NCBI GenBank assembly: GCA_001028815.1
Contig: LDJB01000001.1
Location: 513,634-577,633, forward strand
DNA length: 64,000 nucleotides
Direction of reading: 5' to 3'
From: Peptococcaceae bacterium 1109
Lineage (GTDB): Bacteria; Bacillota; Limnochordia; Darwinibacteriales; Darwinibacteriaceae
The notes beneath the pieces are model-generated. The model was given only the letters and a program-made list of their open reading frames with translations, had not been told where the DNA came from and ran no database searches. Within the stretch, counting starts at the first letter, position 1. The number at the start of each line of letters is the position of its first letter. The position numbers and the translations under genes are program-made. Shown here one piece after another: positions 36,513 to 46,257 of the stretch.

Positions 36513-37442
36513 TCACCAATAACTGGTGTAGCTGATAGGATCACCCTGGATATCTTCTTCTAGGACCGTTATGAGTTCCTCAACGCTCACCTCTCGTCTG
36601 CCCATGAGGCGCACAGCTTGCATGCGGATGGTTTTTTCCACAATATTGCGGATGGTGCGGGCATTGCCAAAACTGATGGGATCTCGGGAGCGCATGCGCC
36701 GGATAAGGTCAGCAAGCTGACGGCGGGCTCCCTTGGTCAAGGTATACTGCCGCTGGGTAAACATGGACTCGGCAATTTTAAACAGCTCGATGTCACTGTA
36801 GTCGGGGAACTCGATCATGAGGGGGAAGCGTGAATGGAGCCCTGGGTTGGTGCGCAAAAAGGCCCGCATGGGCTCAGGGTAACCAGCCAGCACCACCACG
36901 AACTTCCCCCGATAGTCTTCCATGGCTTTCACTAGGGTGTCGATGGCTTCCTTACCAAAATCCCGTTCGCCTCCCCGAGCCAATGCGTAAGCCTCATCCA
37001 CAAACAAAAGGCCGCCCATGGCCTTCTTAATGGCTTCCCTGGTGCGGTGGGCTGTTTGGCCAATGTATTCTGCCACCAGATCGGCCCGCTCCACTTCTAC
37101 TGTATGGCCTTTTTCTAGGACACCCATTTCCGCGAGCATCTGGCTGAGCAAGCGCGCAACAGTGGTCTTGCCTGTGCCAGGGTTGCCGATGAAGATTGTA
37201 TGTAACACGATGGGCTGGGATGCAAGCTGCAGGGCGGAGCGCTTCCTCTGGATGTGGGCAAAGGCTTGGATTTCTCTGATAGTGGCCTTCACCGTCCGCA
37301 GGCCGATGAGCCTATCCAACTCTTGCTGCAGGGCCTTGAGGCGCAACTCTCCAGGGGCAGGTTCCCCTCGTTCTACCTCGATGTGCCTTTCGGTACGGGC
37401 CAAGCGCCTGTTTGTAAGCACGGCTAGAAACACCACCTTCAC
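36513..37442 (-). CDS. spoVK: stage V sporulation protein K-like AAA+ ATPase (SpoVK/CbbX family)
   Basis: Walker A GNPGTGKTTVAR, Walker B LLFVDEAY, sensor motifs of the CbbX/SpoVK subfamily; GTG start. Confidence 0.8.
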   Translation of the reverse strand: MKVVFLAVLTNRRLARTERHIEVERGEPAPGELRLKALQQELDRLIGLRTVKATIREIQAFAHIQRKRSALQLASQPIVLHTIFIGNPGTGKTTVARLLSQMLAEMGVLEKGHTVEVERADLVAEYIGQTAHRTREAIKKAMGGLLFVDEAYALARGGERDFGKEAIDTLVKAMEDYRGKFVVVLAGYPEPMRAFLRTNPGLHSRFPLMIEFPDYSDIELFKIAESMFTQRQYTLTKGARRQLADLIRRMRSRDPISFGNARTIRNIVEKTIRMQAVRLMGRREVSVEELITVLEEDIQGDPISYTSYW

Positions 37443-37488
37443 CCCTATATATACGCTTACTGGGGGTAAAGGTGATTCATGGGGGGCC

Positions 37489-38460
37489 CTATGCGTGGAG
37501 CTGATGCCAGAGCTCTATGACCGTGCGTTGGACTTCGTCCTCGGACGAATGGGTAAGGTTAAACCACTTGATGCGGGGATCCCGCCGAAACCACGATAAT
37601 TGGCGCTTCGCGTAGCGGCGGGTATCTCGCTTGAGGATGTCCACCGCTTCCTCCAGTGGCATCTGGCCCTCCAGCGCCCAGAGGATCTCTTTATAACCTA
37701 GGGCCTGCAAGGATGTGAGCTGAGCCCTAGCCTGGTCTGTGGCACCGTCAAGGAAGCGTTCTTTGAGACCTCGAACCTCCTCCACAAGCCCTTCCCTGAG
37801 CATTTCATCAACCCGGGCGTTAATCCGGGCGTACAGGTCAGAGCGATCGCGCGTTAGGCCGATGTAGAGAAGCCTATAGGGCCTGGCTGCATGCTTGGCT
37901 TTCTTCTGCAGGACACTGATAGGGCTGCCTGTGCGGTAATAAACCTCCAAAGCCCGGATTACCCGGCGGAGGTCATTTGGGTGCAGGCGGGCAGCGGTGT
38001 CCGGATCTACCTGGGCAAGCTCAGCATGGAGAGCTTCAGGGTCCTGCTCGCCCTTAACTTCCAGTTCTTGGCGCAGCCTCGGGTCTGCGCTGGTGTCAGG
38101 GAAGAGAAACCCGTCTAGTAGGGCGTTAACGTAAAGGCCCGTACCCCCAGCGATGATGGGGGTTTTGCCCCGTGCCGCTATATCATCGATGGCCTTTTCA
38201 GCGAGCTTGACCCAGTCTTGAACATTGAAAGACTCCGCAGGGCTGATAACATCCAGCAGATGGTGGCGGATCTGGCTTCGCTCATTAAGGGATGGCTTGG
38301 CAGTGCCGATGTCCATTCCGCGGTAGATCTGCATTGAGTCGGCGGAAACGATCTCTCCCTCTAAAGACTCAGCTAAACGCAGGGACAGCGAGGTCTTCCC
38401 CACTGCCGTGGGGCCGACGATAACTAGTAGAGGTTTCTTTGCCGCGGTATCCATTGTCAT
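37489..38460 (-). CDS. miaA: tRNA dimethylallyltransferase
   Basis: P-loop IVGPTAVGKT; MiaA-length; start overlaps mutL stop. Confidence 0.9.
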   Translation of the reverse strand: MTMDTAAKKPLLVIVGPTAVGKTSLSLRLAESLEGEIVSADSMQIYRGMDIGTAKPSLNERSQIRHHLLDVISPAESFNVQDWVKLAEKAIDDIAARGKTPIIAGGTGLYVNALLDGFLFPDTSADPRLRQELEVKGEQDPEALHAELAQVDPDTAARLHPNDLRRVIRALEVYYRTGSPISVLQKKAKHAARPYRLLYIGLTRDRSDLYARINARVDEMLREGLVEEVRGLKERFLDGATDQARAQLTSLQALGYKEILWALEGQMPLEEAVDILKRDTRRYAKRQLSWFRRDPRIKWFNLTHSSEDEVQRTVIELWHQLHA

Positions 38461-40271
38461 GCCCTCCCAAATCTGCGCAAGAGTTCTGCCTGCTCGAGCC
38501 GAATGATTATCGGGCGTCCGTGGGGGCACGTAAAGGGGTTCTCCGTGCGGGCCAGCTGGGCAACTAGGTTTTGCATCACCCGAATGTCAAGGTAGTCCCC
38601 GGCCTTCACTGCCCCTTTGCAGGCTAACGTTACCGCCGCTTCTTCACGAAAACGGCTAGAGTCCTCTGCCTTTTGGGCAATCTCCAATACAGCCTCCCGC
38701 CAACCACCAACGCGGCTCAGGAACGTAGGCACACCCCTGACAATCAAGGTATTAACCCCAAAAGGCTCTAGTTCGATGCCTAGCTTCTCTATTTCCCCTT
38801 GATGTTCCCGGATAAGGGCATATTCTGTAGGGCTGAATTCCAATACTTCAGGGAGGATCTGCTGGACGTGCACCCCTTGCTGGTCTAGGTCCCGCAGGAA
38901 TTCTTCATAAAGGATCCGTTCGTGGACAATGTGTTGGTCCAAGATCCAGAGCCCTCCTTGAGGAGCTTCCAGGAGAATGTACATCTGGTGCAACTGCCCG
39001 ATGACCTTGCCCCGCAGAAGGGGTGCCCGGACATCGTCCTCCACGATAGGTCCTTGTGCTATTGGTTCTGGTTCTGGCGCTGGCTCCCGCTCCGCAACGG
39101 CCCAGGGTGGAGCCTTCTGCCCATCGTTCCCGGGCTTGTACTGGCGCAAGACCGCATCCAACTGCTCCCAAGTTTGCGGCTCCCAGGTAATCTCTCCCTG
39201 CTGAAGCTTGGGTTTCCCGCCGCTGGGACGGAGGCTAGGGCGCCCCTGTGACCGTGAATGCGGCGTTTGGATTTGGGGTGCGATGTTCTTGGCGAGAACC
39301 GCGGAGCGCACCGCATCGAGCACATCCCGGAAGACCGTCTGCGCCTCCGCAAAGCGTACCTCTGCCTTGGCAGGGTGCACGTTGCAGTCCACGAACTTGG
39401 GGTCCACATCCAACACCAAGACGATAAACGGATAGGTCCTTGTGGGCAGGAGTTCCTGGTAGGCCTTTTCCATAGCCGTCCGTATAGTGGAGCTTTGGAT
39501 TACCCGGCCATTCATCACCACCAGCTGGCCACTGCGGTTGCCCTTACCTAGCTTAGGAGTACCGGCATATCCACGCACTGTACCCCAGGGGTAGGTTTTG
39601 TTAATTGGCAAAAGTTCCCCTTTCACCTGGCTTCCGTAGATGAGAAGGATGGTGTCCTGTAGGTTTCCGCTTCCCTGGGTGGTGAGGACTGGCTTACCAT
39701 CACGAATGCAGGTGAAGGCAATATGGGGGTGGGCCAGGGCGATGCCCGTGACTACTTCGATGACCCGCCGCCCTTCTGCCCCTTGGGACTTGAGGAACTT
39801 GTACCGCGCGGGCACGTTGTAAAACAACTGGCGTACCTCAACAGTTGTCCCTTGCGGCGCGCCCCACGGCTCGAGGACTATTTCTTCCCCTTCCACGGTG
39901 GCCCTTACTCCCGCCCCTTCCCCCGGGGTGCGGGTTGTCAACGTGAGTTTAGCAACACTCGCGATGCTGGGCAGGGCCTCGCCTCGAAAACCGAGGCTGT
40001 GCAAGTTGAACAGGTCTTCTGTTGTGGATATCTTGCTGGTGGCATGAGGCTGAAAAGCCAGGGGCACATCCTCGGGCGCAATCCCTTCTCCATCATCCTG
40101 CACCCGGATATACTCAATACCGCCAGCGGTTATCTCCACTTGAATGCGGCTGGCTTGTGCGTCAATGGCATTTTCCACTAACTCTTTGACCACTGAGGCA
40201 GGCCGCTCAATGACCTCCCCGGCGGCGATTTTATGGGCAACCTCGTCCGGAAGCAGTCTAATTCTGCCCAT
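38457..40271 (-). CDS. mutL: DNA mismatch repair protein MutL
   Basis: GHKL ATPase N-terminus (KELVENAIDA, DDGEGI) and C-terminal dimerisation domain. Confidence 0.95.
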   Translation of the reverse strand: MGRIRLLPDEVAHKIAAGEVIERPASVVKELVENAIDAQASRIQVEITAGGIEYIRVQDDGEGIAPEDVPLAFQPHATSKISTTEDLFNLHSLGFRGEALPSIASVAKLTLTTRTPGEGAGVRATVEGEEIVLEPWGAPQGTTVEVRQLFYNVPARYKFLKSQGAEGRRVIEVVTGIALAHPHIAFTCIRDGKPVLTTQGSGNLQDTILLIYGSQVKGELLPINKTYPWGTVRGYAGTPKLGKGNRSGQLVVMNGRVIQSSTIRTAMEKAYQELLPTRTYPFIVLVLDVDPKFVDCNVHPAKAEVRFAEAQTVFRDVLDAVRSAVLAKNIAPQIQTPHSRSQGRPSLRPSGGKPKLQQGEITWEPQTWEQLDAVLRQYKPGNDGQKAPPWAVAEREPAPEPEPIAQGPIVEDDVRAPLLRGKVIGQLHQMYILLEAPQGGLWILDQHIVHERILYEEFLRDLDQQGVHVQQILPEVLEFSPTEYALIREHQGEIEKLGIELEPFGVNTLIVRGVPTFLSRVGGWREAVLEIAQKAEDSSRFREEAAVTLACKGAVKAGDYLDIRVMQNLVAQLARTENPFTCPHGRPIIIRLEQAELLRRFGRA

Positions 40272-42856
40272 TATTGGCCCTCCTTAATATCTTGCTGCCA
40301 CTTGGCCAAGAGCTGCAGCGCTTCTAAGGGAGTGAGGCGGTTGATGTCTACGCTTTTTAGCTCGGCCACTAAAGGATGCTCTTCTTCCTCAATAGGGGGC
40401 TCGTCCAAGGATGACGCATCATACTGGAGGCTTGCGAACAAGTCCAGCTGTACAGGTTTGCCCCGATCCGCTTCTAGCTCCTGCAGGAGCGTAAGGGCCC
40501 GCCTTAGGACAGGTTTAGGGATCCCAGCCATACGGGCTACGTTCACCCCATAGCTCTTGTCTGTACTACCCCTGGAGACCTGGTGGAGGAAGTAGACCGC
40601 ACCCTGCTTTTCCTGGACTTCCACTCGATAGGCTGCGAGCTTGGGCAGTGTAGCCTCAAGCTTGGTCAGTTCATGGAAGTGGGTGGAAAATAGGGTCCGG
40701 GCCCCAATCTTGTCATGAATGTGTTCGATGACAGCCTGGGCGATGGCCATCCCATCGAAGGTACTGGTACCCCGGCCAAGCTCATCAAGGATAATCAACG
40801 AGCGGCTCGTCGCGTTCAGGAGCATGTGTGCGGTCTCCGCGCATTCCACCATAAAGGTGCTTTGACCGGTGCTCAGGTCATCCGCGGCTCCGATGCGGGT
40901 AAAGATCTTGTCCACCAGGCCGATGGTGGCACTTGCTGCTGGGACAAAACTTCCCATTTGAGCGAGTATCACTATGAGGGCTACCTGGCGCAGATAGGTG
41001 CTCTTCCCCGCCATGTTTGGCCCAGTGAGAAGGATAATGCGCTCTTCCTCTGTTAGGGATACGTCATTGGGAACAAAGCCGCTTTGCAGCGTCTCAATCA
41101 CAGGGTGGCGGCCTTGGGTTATCTTCAGAGCCGTGTCCGTGGTGATCTCAGGACGGACGTAGTTATGGCGCACCGCAGCTTCGGCAAGGCTCTGCAGCAT
41201 ATCGAGGAACGCGAGGGCCCCGGCATTGGCTTGGATTTTCTCCATGTATCCTTTAGCTTCGTCCCTGACGGTACAAAACAGCTCATATTCCATGTCCACG
41301 ATGCGCTCATCGGCCCCAAGAATCAGGGCTTCCTTTTCCTTTAGTTCAGGGGTAATAAAGCGCTCAGCGTTGCTCAGGGTTTGCTTCCGCTGGTAATCCT
41401 CAGGCACAAGGTCCAGGTTCGGGTTGGTTACCTCGATGTAATAACCAAAGACCTTGTTAAAGCCAACTTTGAGGGACTTGATCCCGGTGCGCTGCCGTTC
41501 GTGGGCTTCCAGGTTTTTAATCCATGTCTTCCCTTTTCGGCTGGCGGTTCGCAGTTCGTCTAGATCAGTGCTAAAACCCTGCTTAATCAGGCCACCTTCC
41601 CGCACCGAGATGGGTGGGTTGTCCATGATGGCCCCATCAATTAGGCCAGTTAGTTCTGTGAGGGGATCGAGCTGTGCCCCAGTGCTGCTGAGGAGCTCCA
41701 CAGTGTGCTCGTCCAAAAGCTCTTTCAGCCTGGGAATGACCTCAAGAGAAGCGCAGAGGGCCCGCAGGTCACGGGCATTTCCCGTACCTACTGTGAGGCG
41801 GCCCATGAGCCGTTCTAGATCGTAAACCTGGTCTAGGAGTTCCTGGATCTCTAGGCGGAGGCCTGCCTCCTCTACCAAGGCAGCCACCGCATCTTGGCGG
41901 CGAGCGATTTCTTCCTTGTGGACCAAAGGCTGTTCCAGGTTCCACCGGAGCAGCCGCCCACCCATGCTGGTGCGTGTGTGGTCGAGCACACCTAAGAGCG
42001 AGCCCGCTTTACGGCCGTCCCTGATAGTGCGAGTCAGCTCCAGATTGAGGCGGCTGTGGGCATCAATTTGGAGGAACTGCTCTAGAGTATAGGTATGCAC
42101 CCGCAGGATGTGTTCGAGAATGCCCTTTTGGGTGTCTTGGACGTATGCCAGGGCCATACCTGCCGCGCAGATCTTTGCCTCTGTATCAAGGCCGAATGGG
42201 CTCAGTGTTGCCACCTGGAAGTGGCGGAGCAGGGTTTCCGAGGCCGCATCCATGTGGGCAAGGCGTTGATCCACATGAGAAATTGTGGCTTCCAGCTGGC
42301 TCGCGATGGGGCTCAACTGACCCTCAAGGGGTGAACTAGAGCCTACCACTAGCTCTGCGGGGCCTAGCCGAAAAAGCTCATCTTCTAATAGGGCAAAAGC
42401 ACCGAGTTCCGTTACGAGGAACTGGCCGGTGGAAAGGTCCAACGAAGCAACGCCGAAGCTGCTTCCAGCTGCAGCCACGGCAGTTAGGTACCGGGAGCGC
42501 TTATCCTCCAGGGCTCCCTCAATAAAGGTGCCCGGGGTGACAACCCGGACCACATCCCGCTTGACCACGCCCTTTGCCTGCCTGGGGTCTTCTAGCTGTT
42601 CGCAAATGGCCACTCGGTAGCCTTTGCTCACCAACTTCTCCAGGTAACCATTGACGGCATGGTGGGGAACGCCGCACATGGGGATGCGCCCAGCTTTCCC
42701 CGCTTCCCTGCTGGTCAAGGCGATTTCCAGCTCCTTGGCTGCGATCTGGGCGTCTTCCCCAAACATCTCATAAAAGTCCCCTAAGCGGAAAAAGAGGAGC
42801 GCATCTTGATACCGCTTCTTAATCTCGTTGTATTGCTTCATCATAGGTGTATGCGT
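40271..42856 (-). CDS. mutS: DNA mismatch repair protein MutS
   Basis: TPMMKQY...FFRLGDFYEMF mismatch-binding N-terminus; Walker A GPNMAGKST; start GTG ~42856 (GGAGG RBS); the track ORF is longer. Confidence 0.95.
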   Translation of the reverse strand, partial: THTPMMKQYNEIKKRYQDALLFFRLGDFYEMFGEDAQIAAKELEIALTSREAGKAGRIPMCGVPHHAVNGYLEKLVSKGYRVAICEQLEDPRQAKGVVKRDVVRVVTPGTFIEGALEDKRSRYLTAVAAAGSSFGVASLDLSTGQFLVTELGAFALLEDELFRLGPAELVVGSSSPLEGQLSPIASQLEATISHVDQRLAHMDAASETLLRHFQVATLSPFGLDTEAKICAAGMALAYVQDTQKGILEHILRVHTYTLEQFLQIDAHSRLNLELTRTIRDGRKAGSLLGVLDHTRTSMGGRLLRWNLEQPLVHKEEIARRQDAVAALVEEAGLRLEIQELLDQVYDLERLMGRLTVGTGNARDLRALCASLEVIPRLKELLDEHTVELLSSTGAQLDPLTELTGLIDGAIMDNPPISVREGGLIKQGFSTDLDELRTASRKGKTWIKNLEAHERQRTGIKSLKVGFNKVFGYYIEVTNPNLDLVPEDYQRKQTLSNAERFITPELKEKEALILGADERIVDMEYELFCTVRDEAKGYMEKIQANAGALAFLDMLQSLAEAAVRHNYVRPEITTDTALKITQGRHPVIETLQSGFVPNDVSLTEEERIILLTGPNMAGKSTYLRQVALIVILAQMGSFVPAASATIGLVDKIFTRIGAADDLSTGQSTFMVECAETAHMLLNATSRSLIILDELGRGTSTFDGMAIAQAVIEHIHDKIGARTLFSTHFHELTKLEATLPKLAAYRVEVQEKQGAVYFLHQVSRGSTDKSYGVNVARMAGIPKPVLRRALTLLQELEADRGKPVQLDLFASLQYDASSLDEPPIEEEEHPLVAELKSVDINRLTPLEALQLLAKWQQDIKEGQ

Positions 42857-42887
42857 CACAGAAAAATCAGCCTCCGCGCGAGAAAAG

Positions 42888-42915
42888 GGTGTGCAGCTGC
42901 ACACCCTTTGATTCC
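42888..42915 (-). terminator. palindromic hairpin between PRC-barrel gene and mutS
   Basis: aagggtgtgcagctgcacaccctt perfect palindrome; short T tract. Confidence 0.4.
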
Positions 42916-42940
42916 GCTTTATGGTACGATAATCCTGCTC

Positions 42941-43276
42941 CTACTCCCAGTACGGCGTGAGTCCTATGGCCTTATAGACCTCCTCCTCAAACTGGCGGGA
43001 AATCTGGCGGCCAAAGGGCGGCAGCTCTCTGAGGTAGGCCGCCTCCACTTTGCACTGAACCACCTGATCGATGCGTTCCACAGTGTCGCTAGGGAGCAAG
43101 TAGTGCTTTTGCTCACCCTTGGAGAAAACGACCAAGTAGCGCACAAGGTACTCTTGGGGCTCTACAATCTGCGCGATGACGTTGCCGCAATACTCCCCAT
43201 CATCGCTGATGATAGGCAGCTGCCAGATGTCCCGATTGCGTTCTTCCCAGAGCGTCTGCTGCTCGTCGACCCACAT
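42941..43276 (-). CDS. PRC-barrel domain protein (YlmC/YmxH-like, sporulation-associated)
   Basis: DDGEYCGNVIAQIVEPQEYLVRYLVV fits the PRC-barrel G..iG.V.D..iD...g.i..lvv pattern; RBS GGGAGGG. Confidence 0.45.
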   Translation of the reverse strand: MWVDEQQTLWEERNRDIWQLPIISDDGEYCGNVIAQIVEPQEYLVRYLVVFSKGEQKHYLLPSDTVERIDQVVQCKVEAAYLRELPPFGRQISRQFEEEVYKAIGLTPYWE

Positions 43277-43293
43277 GGGATCGCCCTCCCGAG

Positions 43294-44616
43294 TTAGGCC
43301 AGCTCCCCCTTGAGGCTAAAGGTGGATGCTTCGGTGATGCGCACCACAGTCAGCTGGCCGATTAGACAGGTGTCTCCTGCGAAGTGCACCTGCCGGTTAG
43401 AGCGGGTCCTACCCACAAGGCCGCCGCTAGAAACGTCCTCGACCAACACTTCCAGCTCTTGGCCTAGGAGCTTCTGCATGTGTTCCCCGCTTATCTGATT
43501 TTGCAGGTCAATTAAGCGGTAGATCCGCTCTTTCTTCACTTCTTCTGGTACCTGGTCACTCATTCTTGCTGCTGGGGTACCCTTCCGAGGTGAGAAAATA
43601 AACGTAAAGGCTGAGTCAAAGCGGACATCTTCCACTAGGCTGAGGGTTTCCTCGAAGTCGGCCTCTGTTTCTCCAGGAAATCCCACGATGAGGTCTGTGG
43701 TGAGGCTGATGCCTGGAACAGCCTCACGGACCTTGTTGACAAGCTGGAGATAGTATTCCCTGGTATAACCCCGGTTCATACGGCGAAGAATACGATTACT
43801 CCCCGCTTGCACAGGAAGATGGAGGTGTTCGCACACCTTCGGGAGTTCAGCCATGGCTCTAATGAGATCTTCCCCCATGTCCCGGGGATGGCTCGTGGTG
43901 AAGCGGATGCGCTCTAGGCCAGGGATCTCATGGAGTTCTCTCAAAAGAGTGCCAAAGGTGATCTCCGCTCCTAAGTCTTTGCCGTAGGCGTTAACGTTTT
44001 GCCCTAGAAGGGTCACTTCTTTAAAGCCCGCCTCTGTGAGCTCCTGCACTTCCTGTCTAACCATCTCTGGCAGGCGGCTGTGCTCTTTGCCGCGGGTGTA
44101 GGGGACAATGCAGTAGCTGCAGAAGTTGGTACAGCCGTAAATCACGTTCACGAAGGCCTTGACGTTGTGTTTCCTGACTTTTGGCAGGCCGTCCCGGTGG
44201 TCCTCCCCTGGCCCAGCTTGCGCCTCGTCCCACACTTCCACTACTCGTTCCCCGCTTTGGGCCCTTTCCAAGAGTTCAGGCAAGCGATGAATGTTGTGGG
44301 TTCCAAAGATGAGGTCCACATGGGGGAGCTTCTCGAGGATGCTTTCTAGCTCATCCTTCTGCTGTGGCATACATCCGCAAATGCCGATGACAAGTTCTGG
44401 TTTGGCTTCCTTGAGTTTACGAAAGGCAGCGATGTGCCCGTAAACCTTACGCTCCGGGTTTTCCCGCACGGAGCAAGTGTTGTATAAGATGAAGTCCGCC
44501 TCTTCCAGCTCTTCTGTGGGTTCATAGCCCAAGGAGGCCAAGATGCCGGCAATGACCTCTGAATCATGTTCGTTCATTTGACAGCCCATGGTCTTTAGGT
44601 AATAACGCTTCATCAA
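43294..44616 (-). CDS. miaB: tRNA-i6A37 methylthiotransferase MiaB (radical SAM, MTTase)
   Basis: UPF0004 N-domain (YLKTMGCQMNEHDSE), radical SAM CxxxCxxC, TRAM C-terminus. Confidence 0.9.
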   Translation of the reverse strand: MMKRYYLKTMGCQMNEHDSEVIAGILASLGYEPTEELEEADFILYNTCSVRENPERKVYGHIAAFRKLKEAKPELVIGICGCMPQQKDELESILEKLPHVDLIFGTHNIHRLPELLERAQSGERVVEVWDEAQAGPGEDHRDGLPKVRKHNVKAFVNVIYGCTNFCSYCIVPYTRGKEHSRLPEMVRQEVQELTEAGFKEVTLLGQNVNAYGKDLGAEITFGTLLRELHEIPGLERIRFTTSHPRDMGEDLIRAMAELPKVCEHLHLPVQAGSNRILRRMNRGYTREYYLQLVNKVREAVPGISLTTDLIVGFPGETEADFEETLSLVEDVRFDSAFTFIFSPRKGTPAARMSDQVPEEVKKERIYRLIDLQNQISGEHMQKLLGQELEVLVEDVSSGGLVGRTRSNRQVHFAGDTCLIGQLTVVRITEASTFSLKGELA

Positions 44617-44649
44617 TTCTCTCCTTACAGCAACAGGATTACGGGAGGG

Positions 44650-45339
44650 ATGTTCGTGCTCATCACCTTTGCCCGCACAGTACTGCTCTATATCTTGGTG
44701 GTGGTCACCATGAGGATCATGGGCAAGCGCCAGATTGGTGAGCTAGAGCCCTATGAACTGGCCATCACTATCATGATTGCTGAACTGGCCGCAGTACCCA
44801 TGCAAGATCGGCAGATCCCATTGGTGAATGGGTTTATATCAATTATAACACTTTCCTTTATCCAAGTCTGCCTCTCAACTCTCAGTTTGAAGTTCCATTG
44901 GGTCCGGAACATCCTAGACGGCAGCCCCAGCATCGTTGTGCGTAGCGGTAAGATTATGGAAGATGAGATGCGCCGTGCCCGGTATAACCTCAACGAACTC
45001 TTAGAACAGCTGCGTCTGAAAGGCTATGCGGACCTAGGGGATGTGGAGATCGCGGTCTTGGAGACCAGCGGTGAACTGAGCGTCATACCCATATCACAGA
45101 AACGGCCGGTTACCCCTTCTGACCTGGGGGTGGATACTCAGCATGAAAGGCTGCCCATTCCCCTGATCATGGACGGCAGGCTCATGGAAAACAACCTCAA
45201 AGAGGCGGGTATCACCAGGGATGCCCTTCAGGCCGAGCTTGCGGCAGTAGGCCTTAGGAGCCCTGAGGATGTGTTCTTCGCGATGCTGGATAGTATTGGG
45301 AGACTTCGCATCCAGGCCCGCTCAGGAGGGAAAAGCTAA
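44650..45339 (+). CDS. DUF421-family membrane protein (YetF-like)
   Basis: N-terminal TM helices + conserved C-terminal soluble domain; start may be GTG 44656. Confidence 0.8.
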   Translation: MFVLITFARTVLLYILVVVTMRIMGKRQIGELEPYELAITIMIAELAAVPMQDRQIPLVNGFISIITLSFIQVCLSTLSLKFHWVRNILDGSPSIVVRSGKIMEDEMRRARYNLNELLEQLRLKGYADLGDVEIAVLETSGELSVIPISQKRPVTPSDLGVDTQHERLPIPLIMDGRLMENNLKEAGITRDALQAELAAVGLRSPEDVFFAMLDSIGRLRIQARSGGKS

Positions 45340-45719
45340 TGCGCCTGCTAGTGGTTTTGACTGTGGTCATGATCTGCATTGTTGGGCTTGGGTACTTCGT
45401 GGAACGGGGAGTCAGCCAGGTGGTTCTTCGTATGCTTTCTGATCTGGAACGGGGAGAAGTGCTCGTAGACAGCGGTGACACGGCTGGGGCCGTGGAGATG
45501 TTCCGGCACGCCCACGAGCAGTGGAAAGCGGCCCAAGATACTTGGAACCCCTTCGTGTACAATACGGACTTGGAAGAAGTGGAAGTAGTCCTGGCCCGCT
45601 TGATCAGCTGCACTGAAGAGCGCGCTTTCAGCCAGATGAAGGCTGAGCTTGCTCACCTTCGCACCAGGCTGAGGCAGATTCAAGCCCAAGAGCGCCTGAT
45701 CTTAAAGAATATTCTTTAG
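45339..45719 (+). CDS. DUF4363-like small membrane-anchored protein (frequent DUF421 partner)
   Basis: Single N-terminal TM helix, helical C-terminus; start overlaps the upstream stop; family assignment from memory. Confidence 0.5.
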   Translation: MRLLVVLTVVMICIVGLGYFVERGVSQVVLRMLSDLERGEVLVDSGDTAGAVEMFRHAHEQWKAAQDTWNPFVYNTDLEEVEVVLARLISCTEERAFSQMKAELAHLRTRLRQIQAQERLILKNIL

Positions 45720-46225
45720 GACGGGCGGTAGTGCTTGTTCAACTGGTTGACGGTGAGCCCGACGAAGAAGCCCGTAGGCAGGGCAAAGAACAGCATATAC
45801 GGAAGATAGAGAGTGATGTAGATGCTCTCCACCACAAAGGCCGCGACCGTAATCTGGGCCAGGTTGTGGGTCACCGCGCCCAGCAAGCTGAGGCCAACGA
45901 CGCTGAACTCTTTGGGAATGAGTGCAGCTGCAAGGCCCATGACGAGTGTACTCACAAGCCCTCCGGCAAAACTGAAATAAAAGACAATGGTCATAAACGT
46001 ACCGGAGAGGAGTGACCCCAAGACTGTCCGCAGGACTGTGACAACCACCGCATCCCGCAGCCCGAAGTTTAGGATCACGTACAAGCTGATAATATTCGCC
46101 AAGCCGAGCTTAGCCCCGGGCACGGGAACAGGCATGGGGATAAAGCTTTCAAAGATGTGGAGCCCCATGGCCAAGCCCGTCAATAAGCCAAGATATACAA
46201 CTCGCTGTGTTTTAGAACGACGCAC
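45716..46225 (-). CDS. Gx transporter family protein (heptaprenyl diphosphate synthase component I-like membrane protein)
   Basis: ...IPMPVPVPGAKLGLANIISLYVILNFG... characteristic of the Hpre_diP_synt_I family. Confidence 0.7.
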   Translation of the reverse strand: MRRSKTQRVVYLGLLTGLAMGLHIFESFIPMPVPVPGAKLGLANIISLYVILNFGLRDAVVVTVLRTVLGSLLSGTFMTIVFYFSFAGGLVSTLVMGLAAALIPKEFSVVGLSLLGAVTHNLAQITVAAFVVESIYITLYLPYMLFFALPTGFFVGLTVNQLNKHYRPS

Positions 46226-46257
46226 GACACAACCTCATTTACAGATAGTTTTCCGAC

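Noticed and set aside
37018-37599. 193-aa plus-strand ORF
   Set aside because: Antisense to spoVK/miaA.
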